DNA of 64,000 nt, taken from positions 31,708 to 95,707 of the forward strand of contig CAJOHU010000001.1 of NCBI GenBank assembly GCA_905234465.1, read 5' to 3'. Origin of the DNA: an uncultured Alphaproteobacteria bacterium. GTDB lineage: Bacteria > Pseudomonadota > Alphaproteobacteria > Rs-D84. The notes beneath the pieces are model-generated. The model was given only the letters and a program-made list of their open reading frames with translations, was not told the DNA's origin and made no database searches. This document shows positions 57,457-64,000 of the stretch, one piece after another. Position 1 is the first letter of the stretch. Each line of letters opens with the position of its first letter. A program made the translations under genes and the position numbers.

Positions 57457-59379
57457 ATGAATCTTAGTAATATTTTTGTTATTATTGGTCTTTCTGTTAT
57501 GGGGTTGTTGGTTGTCGCGCTGATTGCACTGTTTTTCATATCCCGAAAATCACAGAAAGTTATGGAATCTGTGGTTTCTATTATGACCGCCCCAGACCGC
57601 GCAAAAATTACAGATGCTTCACGGGTATTGCAAATGATAATGGCAGATGAAATTAAGCGCATTATCGCATGTTTTCAAAATATGCAATCTGCATTAAACG
57701 CACAAATTGAATCAGCGCAAAAATTGCACCAAGAATTGTCCGCGCGCAATGAAGAATTGGTTAATGTCGCAGATAGTGCCATTCAACGCGTTGTTCAAAT
57801 GACGGGACGCATGGATAATACTGTATCTGGGCTGGGGCAAATTGTGACATCTGAATCGTGGAACAATGTGGTTGCGGCAACAGATAGATTCGCGCAAACG
57901 GTCACGAATACATTAAACCAAATACACGATACTACAAATGAATCTGCTGAAAAAATATCGGTAATTGATACTAAAATTGCCCAATGGACAGATACCAGCA
58001 AAAAACTTAGCACGGAATTACAAAACGCTATTGAGAACAATACAGAACAATTCCAAAAAATGACAGAAAATGCGAATACTGTCCAAGGTCAATTATCTGA
58101 ATTGGCACAGAAAAGCGTTGAAGGATTCAATGAAATCAAAGAATCCGCCACAGATTATGAGAATGTGTTGACTGAAAACAACAAAATATTAAATACATAC
58201 CTTACAAAACTGGATACTTTCGGAAAACAAAGCAAAAAACAATTAACCGCCCAAGTAAACACACTGACTAATACCGCAAATGTTGTAGGAGCCCAGGTGT
58301 TATTGACCGAATCGTCGGTTGAAAAGCAAATCAAGAAATTAACTGATGCAGTAGAAGCATTGATGACCAGTGCAACCGAAACAGAAAGTTCTGTACGCGG
58401 CATATCCACAGAACTGTCCGGGCTAACCAATCATTTTGAAAGCGAAATTAAAGATTTTGCCGGCGATGTCGTTGATGAATTAAAAACTGTATCTGGGGTT
58501 GCAAACAATACATTAAAAGACACAAAAACCGCCGCAAATGCGTTTTCAGAATCGGTAAAGTCTATGGCAACAGGCGTGCGCGAAACATTGATAGAAATGA
58601 ATGCGGCACACACACAACTGACCGGACAATCCGAAGGTCTAATCAAAATGTCTGTTGATACGACTGCACAGTTGAAACCACTTTCTGATTTGATTAAAAA
58701 GTACTATGATGCCCTGCCCGAATTGGCGCGACAATCTGGGGATGCGGGAATTGGACTTGGCAAGATTGTATCAGAACTGGACGAAAAAATCGCCAACGTC
58801 CGCGATACAGTTGAAAAATCAACCGTCGCGATATCTGATTCCGCAATAAAGTTGGAAAACCTTGCGGGGGCATCACGGCAACAAATGATTGATTTGATGT
58901 CAGATTATGCCAAGGCAGTTGATACCATGCAAACATTGAACAAGCAAATGATGGTCGCACGCGCGGCGGCACCAATGGATGCGATGAAATCAACAGTTTC
59001 TGATGTACCAATGCCACGCGTTAGTGGACGCGATTTCTTGTCTGAAAGTGCGCGCGATTTTGATAAGTTGTATGAACAAACCATAGATTTAACACGCGCA
59101 ATGGGGGGCGAAATTCCCGATGTTGTTTGGAAAAAATATCATGATGGCGATAAAACTATATTCGCCAAATGGATGGCAAAAATCATTCGTGCGGCAAACA
59201 AAAAGCAAATTCGGGATTTGTTAAAATCTGATTCTGTATTCAAATCCCAGGCAAACCAATTCGTACGCAGTTTTGAAAAGATTCTTGTTGGTGCCAAACA
59301 AACGGATACAGCAGACAAGATTGTCGCAAATTTAATTAAAACAGATTTAGGAATAATATATTCCGCATTGGCACAGTAA
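57457..59379 (+). CDS. membrane-anchored coiled-coil protein (640 aa)
   Basis: An N-terminal TM (IFVIIGLSVMGLLVVALIALFFI). About 450 aa of heptad-rich Q/E/K/T sequence. A C-terminal globular region. Confidence 0.6.
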   Translation: MNLSNIFVIIGLSVMGLLVVALIALFFISRKSQKVMESVVSIMTAPDRAKITDASRVLQMIMADEIKRIIACFQNMQSALNAQIESAQKLHQELSARNEELVNVADSAIQRVVQMTGRMDNTVSGLGQIVTSESWNNVVAATDRFAQTVTNTLNQIHDTTNESAEKISVIDTKIAQWTDTSKKLSTELQNAIENNTEQFQKMTENANTVQGQLSELAQKSVEGFNEIKESATDYENVLTENNKILNTYLTKLDTFGKQSKKQLTAQVNTLTNTANVVGAQVLLTESSVEKQIKKLTDAVEALMTSATETESSVRGISTELSGLTNHFESEIKDFAGDVVDELKTVSGVANNTLKDTKTAANAFSESVKSMATGVRETLIEMNAAHTQLTGQSEGLIKMSVDTTAQLKPLSDLIKKYYDALPELARQSGDAGIGLGKIVSELDEKIANVRDTVEKSTVAISDSAIKLENLAGASRQQMIDLMSDYAKAVDTMQTLNKQMMVARAAAPMDAMKSTVSDVPMPRVSGRDFLSESARDFDKLYEQTIDLTRAMGGEIPDVVWKKYHDGDKTIFAKWMAKIIRAANKKQIRDLLKSDSVFKSQANQFVRSFEKILVGAKQTDTADKIVANLIKTDLGIIYSALAQ

Positions 59380-59391
59380 TAATAAAAAAAG

Positions 59392-59410
59392 AACCGCCAA
59401 TGTGGCGGTT
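59392..59410. terminator. hairpin between convergent genes
   Basis: aaccgcca-atg-tggcggtt. Confidence 0.4.
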
Positions 59411-59415
59411 TATCT

Positions 59416-60051
59416 TTATTTAGAAATCACTGATTCATATCCCTTGGATTGCCGCCACAGCATTTCATCGTACAGCATGCCGATATATTGCATTAATCGC
59501 GAATCCATTTGATTCTTGATGGGACATAAAATGTAATCGGGCCAAATACCAACATCAAGAAAATCGTTGGCATCACAAGTATTCTTTTGGCGTACATCTA
59601 AATCATTTGGCATATTCGCACGTGCAGATAAAATATCCATATTATTCTTGGCCGGTAAAAACCACGCGACCTTGAACGAATATATTGTTTCTAGGCCGTG
59701 CATACGAAACCAATTTATCATCTGACGTATATATTTTGGCTCTATGACATCATATATAAAATTCTTGCCTAAGTTTTGAATTATTTCTGTTTCAGGCACG
59801 CCGTATAACCATTTCTTCTGACCAGGTTGCCAAAAATCACGATTCACCCATAATTTGGTTGCCAATGGTGTTGTTAAAAAATATTCTTCATCGCGAAAAT
59901 AATACTGGTTGCCATCTGATTCGCCTGGTCGCATATCACGTGTTGTCGCAGATTTTAAATTGTAAAACAGCCCATCTGGCAATGTATTCTTGATAAAATA
60001 TGACTTGCCACTGCCCGATGGACCCGTGCAGAATAAAAGCGTGTTTTGCAT
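59416..60051 (-). CDS. divergent guanylate-kinase-like P-loop kinase
   Basis: GPSGSGKS (Walker A). LKSATTRDMRPGESDGNQYYF matches the GMP-binding signature SxTTRxxRxGExxGxxYxF. The C-terminal half is highly diverged from housekeeping Gmk. Confidence 0.6.
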   Translation of the reverse strand: MQNTLLFCTGPSGSGKSYFIKNTLPDGLFYNLKSATTRDMRPGESDGNQYYFRDEEYFLTTPLATKLWVNRDFWQPGQKKWLYGVPETEIIQNLGKNFIYDVIEPKYIRQMINWFRMHGLETIYSFKVAWFLPAKNNMDILSARANMPNDLDVRQKNTCDANDFLDVGIWPDYILCPIKNQMDSRLMQYIGMLYDEMLWRQSKGYESVISK

Positions 60052-60108
60052 ATTTGCCCCCTTTTGTTCTAAAATCAGGGGGCGTCAAAAGACGCCCCCC
60101 CCATTTGA

Positions 60109-62208
60109 TTAATCTTCCAAGAAACTGCGTAACTTGCGCGCCCGCGTCGGGTGTTTAAGTTTATTCAGTGCCTTTTGTTCAATCTGACGAATACGTTCAC
60201 GGGTCACACCAATGTATTCACCAACTTCTTCCAATGTACTGGTCTTATTTGTACTCATCCCAAAGCGTTGACGCAGAACAGTTTCTTCTTTTGGATCCAA
60301 TTCAGACAGAATCTGAGTGACAATTTTACGCAGATTCTTTTGTGCCGCCGACGTAAACGGATTTTTTGCTGTTTCATCCGCAATGATTTCCATACGCGAA
60401 CTGTCGTCTTCGGTACCAACAGGCGCTTCAAGCGAAATTGGTTTAAGATTTACCTTCATTGCCTTGTGAATCTTTTCCACCGGCAGATATACAATCTTGG
60501 ATAATTCTTCGGCGGTTGGTTGACGGCCATATTTGTGCATAAACTGACGTGATGCACGTTGAATCTTGTGTATATTATCAATCATATGCACCGGTATACG
60601 AATGGTGCGCGCCTGGTCTGCAATACTGCGCAAGATGGCCTGCTGTATCCAATTTGTGGCATATGTAGAAAACTTGTTTCCCAAACGATAGTCAAATTTA
60701 TCAACCGCCTTCATTAGACCAATATTACCATCTTGAACTAAATCAGAAAAATCCAGTCCCAGACCGCGATTGCTGCTTTTTTTGGCAAACTTAATCACCA
60801 AACGCAGGTTGGCTTCTATCATTTCGCGTTTTGCACGGGCCGCCTCGCTTTGCCCACGACGAACCAGTTCAACAACCTTTTTATATTCCGATGTAGGCTG
60901 ACCTGTCTCGTTCGCAATCGCCGTGATATCTTCTTGGATTTTTGCAATATCGGCGCCATGCTTTTTGGCAAAGTTCACCCACACAGGATTTTTATGTTTC
61001 AGCAATTTCTTGACCCAATTACGATTTATTTCGTTTCCAGTATATTCTGCCAAGAAATCTTCACGTTTAATCTTGTTTGCCATGGCAAGACGCAACAATT
61101 TGCCTTCAAGTCCCATAAGCAACTGGTCACGTTGGGTCAATTTCTCCATAATTTCTGCGATACGATCGTCATTCATACGAATCTTGCTAACATGCTCAAA
61201 CAAAGTTAGGCGCATTTTATTGTACTTTACTTCCAATGCTTCGTCACGCTTTGACGATGTTAACAAATTCTCTAAACGCATAGCCTGAAGTTTCTGCATG
61301 CTATTAAAAGTGCGTTTAATTTTTGCAAATAAATCTGAAACCGTCGGCATAAGTGCTTCTTCCATAACCGGAATCGGCACACCCGAAGTTCCACGTGGCG
61401 TATCTTCTTTTTTGTTGCCGTCTTCATCCAATATATCGTCATCTTCATCGTCGTCATCTTCATCGTCGGAAACAGGTTCTTCTAAATCGTCCAAATCGTC
61501 ATCGTCCAAATCATCAACTTGATCTACACCTTTGGATCTAAGTGTTTCGGAAATCGCCGCCACAGATTTCTGTTCGGCATCAGATGAATACATTGCTTCC
61601 AAATTGATAATATAACGCAAACGAATGTCTTCATTTAACAGTTGCTGATACCAATCCAACATCGCTTGAATCGTCATAGGACTTTCACACAGACCGTAAA
61701 CCATTAAACGGGACGCGGCTTCTATACGTTGGGCGATTGCGACTTCACCTGCGGCGGTTAATAACTGAACCATACCAATTTGTTTTAAATACGATTGAAC
61801 AGAATCTTGAACGCCCAAAACCAATGTGCCGGTTTGACTGCGTTCCAATTGTTTCGCATAGTGTTCATAATCTTCTTCGTTAACATCAACCTGTTCGGCA
61901 TCGTTATTCAAAAGATTACGATATTTTTCAACGTTTTCATCAGAATCTTCATCGTAATATTTTTCTAAATCTTTGGAAAAACCTTCGTTTTCAATAAATT
62001 CCAGTCCCAAATCTTGCCGAAAGAAATCTTGAACTTCATCCTGTTCATCGTCAGGAATTTCATCAGCGCCAACCGCAGCGTTGAAATCCATTTGAGACAA
62101 ATAACCATTTTCCAATGATGAAACCGCCAGTTTTTGAAGATTTTCTGGCAAAGAATCTACCAATAATTTGGTTGCGCTATCAAGTTTTTTGGACATCAAA
62201 AACCCCAT
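60109..62208 (-). CDS. rpoD: RNA polymerase sigma-70 factor RpoD (with a long acidic insertion [14 protein letters not shown]...DDDDEDDD)
   Basis: Region 2 ([18 protein letters not shown]), region 3, and the region 4.2 HTH ([20 protein letters not shown]). 699 aa. Confidence 0.95.
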   Translation of the reverse strand: MGFLMSKKLDSATKLLVDSLPENLQKLAVSSLENGYLSQMDFNAAVGADEIPDDEQDEVQDFFRQDLGLEFIENEGFSKDLEKYYDEDSDENVEKYRNLLNNDAEQVDVNEEDYEHYAKQLERSQTGTLVLGVQDSVQSYLKQIGMVQLLTAAGEVAIAQRIEAASRLMVYGLCESPMTIQAMLDWYQQLLNEDIRLRYIINLEAMYSSDAEQKSVAAISETLRSKGVDQVDDLDDDDLDDLEEPVSDDEDDDDEDDDILDEDGNKKEDTPRGTSGVPIPVMEEALMPTVSDLFAKIKRTFNSMQKLQAMRLENLLTSSKRDEALEVKYNKMRLTLFEHVSKIRMNDDRIAEIMEKLTQRDQLLMGLEGKLLRLAMANKIKREDFLAEYTGNEINRNWVKKLLKHKNPVWVNFAKKHGADIAKIQEDITAIANETGQPTSEYKKVVELVRRGQSEAARAKREMIEANLRLVIKFAKKSSNRGLGLDFSDLVQDGNIGLMKAVDKFDYRLGNKFSTYATNWIQQAILRSIADQARTIRIPVHMIDNIHKIQRASRQFMHKYGRQPTAEELSKIVYLPVEKIHKAMKVNLKPISLEAPVGTEDDSSRMEIIADETAKNPFTSAAQKNLRKIVTQILSELDPKEETVLRQRFGMSTNKTSTLEEVGEYIGVTRERIRQIEQKALNKLKHPTRARKLRSFLED

Positions 62209-62226
62209 GCTTTATGGTTTGATAAA

Positions 62227-62772
62227 TTATTTCTTTTTTGCCGACTTTTCCGCATTGCGATTCGCCTTGGCCACCGCGTCGTGCAACGCAGATTCAGACA
62301 ACAAACCCAAAACTATCGGACTTTGAATCTGAATTTCCGAATAATTCTTGTGCGTTTTATTACGAACAGACGCAACTGTCGGATTTGTGCTGCGCATAAG
62401 GCGCGCAATCTGACCATCGGATAATTCCGGACAATTCTTTAAAACCCATAAAATACCACCCAAACGGTTTTGACGATGTAATTTCGGCGTATAGCCCACA
62501 CCTTTTTTATTCTGGGCGTTTTGAGCACGCACAATATTTTCACGCAACGTCAATCGCGCATTTGGATCAGATTCACAGTTTTTAATATCTTCACGGGTAA
62601 GTTGACCATTCAAGATTGGGTCAAGTCCTTGAATTTTTTGGACTTCGGCATCTGCGATATTCTTAACCTCTAATTCATGAAGTCCGCAGAATTCAGCAAT
62701 TTGTTCAAATGTCAATGCAGTGTTTTCAATTAACCACAAAGCAGTGGATTTAGGCATATATGGGTAATTCAT
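62227..62772 (-). CDS. conserved hypothetical protein with two internal repeats of about 45 aa (HTH-like)
   Basis: Repeats: TALWLIENTALTFEQIAEFCGLHELEVKNIAD and GGILWVLKNCPELSDGQIARLMRSTNPTVASVRN. Confidence 0.5.
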   Translation of the reverse strand: MNYPYMPKSTALWLIENTALTFEQIAEFCGLHELEVKNIADAEVQKIQGLDPILNGQLTREDIKNCESDPNARLTLRENIVRAQNAQNKKGVGYTPKLHRQNRLGGILWVLKNCPELSDGQIARLMRSTNPTVASVRNKTHKNYSEIQIQSPIVLGLLSESALHDAVAKANRNAEKSAKKK

Positions 62773-62847
62773 AAAAAATCCTCTTGTTCGCTGTCGCTAA
62801 ATATAGCACAAAAACTATTATATTCAAGGGGTTTTTTATAAAATATT

Positions 62848-64000
62848 TTACTGTTTTTTCACCAGTTTAAAACCACCCGGAATATCGGTCACTGTCCAAC
62901 CCGCAGAATCTATTTTCGCACGCAATTCATCCGCCAATGCAAAATCACGATTCTTCTTGGCATCTGCACGTTTCGCGGCCAATTCTTGAATTTCCGCCGG
63001 TGCAGTTTCGGATTCCGCCGCCAACAGTTTTTTTGCCCTGTCCGCCAATTGCAACCCAAGCAATTCATCAACAAAATCTAACAGTGCCAATTTTGTTGGG
63101 GTATTTATCGTCTGATTTTTCAACATATCTTGAACAACGACCAATGTTTCCGCGGTTTTCAGGTTGTCGGAAATCGGCGTCAAAATCTTGTCATGCCATT
63201 CGTTATACAAATCTTGGTTGACCGGTTCCGTATCGCCCGCGGCCATTAAATCGGCAATTTTACGAACCATGTTTTTATAGCCCGCCGCCGCCGCATCCAA
63301 AGATTCAAATGCAAAATCCATAGGTTGACGATAGTGCCCCTGAAGCAACAAATAACGAAATGCCATTGGGTCATAGCCGCGCTCTATCAATCCGCGCACA
63401 GTATAGGATGTGCCCGAAGATTTTGACATTTTACCGTCTTTCAACATTAACCATGCCCAATGAACCCAATAATGAACCCATGGCGCACCAACGATTGGTT
63501 CAGATTGTGCAATTTCGTTGGTATGATGAACCTTGATATGTTCTTGACCACCGGTGTGAATATCAAAATGATTGCCCAGGTATTTCATACTCATTGCGCT
63601 ACATTCCAAGTGCCACCCGGGGAAACCGACACCCCATGGACTATCCCATTCCATTTGGCGTTTTACATCGGTCGGCGAAAATTTCCACAACGCAAAATCT
63701 GTAATATTGCGTTTATTGTTGTTTTCAATACGGGCACCACCACGCAATTCGGACAAATTCTGACCACCCAATTTGCCATAATCATGTAACTTTGATGTAT
63801 CATAATAAATTCCGTCACCGGGTATTTCATAGGTAAAACCAAGTTTTTCCAGTTTCTGAATCAATTCAATTTGTTCTTTGATATGATCGGTCGCACGCGG
63901 TGTATGTGTTGGGCGCATGATGTTTAATAAATCCATATCAGAAAAGCAACTGTTCATGTATTTATTCGCAACATCCCAAACAGAAAGATTTTCACGTGCG
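62848..64000 (-). CDS. cysS: cysteine--tRNA ligase (C-terminal about 380 aa; the N-terminus lies beyond the window end)
   Basis: KMSKSSGTS (KMSKS). An anticodon-binding DALR-like C-terminus. The conserved core WHLECSAM. The frame continues open to position 64000. Confidence 0.9.
   Translation of the reverse strand, partial: ARENLSVWDVANKYMNSCFSDMDLLNIMRPTHTPRATDHIKEQIELIQKLEKLGFTYEIPGDGIYYDTSKLHDYGKLGGQNLSELRGGARIENNNKRNITDFALWKFSPTDVKRQMEWDSPWGVGFPGWHLECSAMSMKYLGNHFDIHTGGQEHIKVHHTNEIAQSEPIVGAPWVHYWVHWAWLMLKDGKMSKSSGTSYTVRGLIERGYDPMAFRYLLLQGHYRQPMDFAFESLDAAAAGYKNMVRKIADLMAAGDTEPVNQDLYNEWHDKILTPISDNLKTAETLVVVQDMLKNQTINTPTKLALLDFVDELLGLQLADRAKKLLAAESETAPAEIQELAAKRADAKKNRDFALADELRAKIDSAGWTVTDIPGGFKLVKKQ

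Noticed and set aside
60850-61522. + strand ORFs antisense to rpoD, including a poly-Ser ORF at 61298-61522
   Set aside because: The poly-Ser is the antisense reading of rpoD's poly-Asp/Glu codons (GAT/GAA give ATC/TTC frames). It is not coding.

Overview
This 64-kb window looks like a chromosomal segment of a low-GC (about 40-42 %) alphaproteobacterium. The order ruvB-ybgC-tolQ-tolR-tolA, an extended S16 and a pyrophosphate-dependent phosphofructokinase support that placement (inference). An obligate host-associated lineage such as Holosporales or Rickettsiales is a speculative guess. Most of the window is conserved housekeeping backbone: acpS, argS, an OmpR-type two-component pair, ruvB, ybgC-tolQRA, secA, dnaE, rsmH, gpmI, tadA, rsmD, rplY, dnaK, pfp, rpsP-rimM-trmD-rplS, tsaD, xseA, recN, a UvrD/AddA-like helicase-nuclease, rpoD and cysS. 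Embedded in it are several accessory pieces that stand out:

- **tRNA-Pro(GGG) islet.** The last 14 nt of the tRNA are repeated twice downstream. They sit inside two 103-bp direct repeats spaced exactly 1200 bp apart. Together they delimit a degraded islet of about 1.45 kb with no integrase.
- **tRNA-Gly(CCC) islet.** An 18-nt copy of the tRNA 3' end lies 98 bp downstream. A free-standing HNH endonuclease and three hypothetical genes (one SemiSWEET/PQ-loop-like, one a lipoprotein) are adjacent.
- **Dispersed repeat family.** A 'GTTAGTGG' repeat family pairs up to form a MITE-like element of about 375 bp full of hairpins. It sits between tolA and a 1979-aa giant secreted repeat protein. That protein carries Listeria-Bacteroides-type repeats plus N- and C-terminal LRR-like tandem repeats of about 30 aa.
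- **Secreted-protein cassette (28.5-35.0 kb).** This is the most interesting block. It holds an 810-aa Arg/Thr-rich and Cys-rich protein, then three mosaic paralogs. The paralogs swap N-terminal, middle and C-terminal modules and carry a 'SAYQIWLxNGxxGTEADFLAxLKG' motif reminiscent of phage tail-fibre proteins. An XRE-family regulator lies next to them.
- **Other notable points.** There is a His-rich exported small protein. There is an apparently frameshifted (or two-piece) helicase plus RecB-like nuclease. A divergent guanylate-kinase-like gene is present. A recurring terminator palindrome AACGGTGGCG..CGCCACCGTT is found at three sites.

No CRISPR array, integrase, transposase or rRNA was found.
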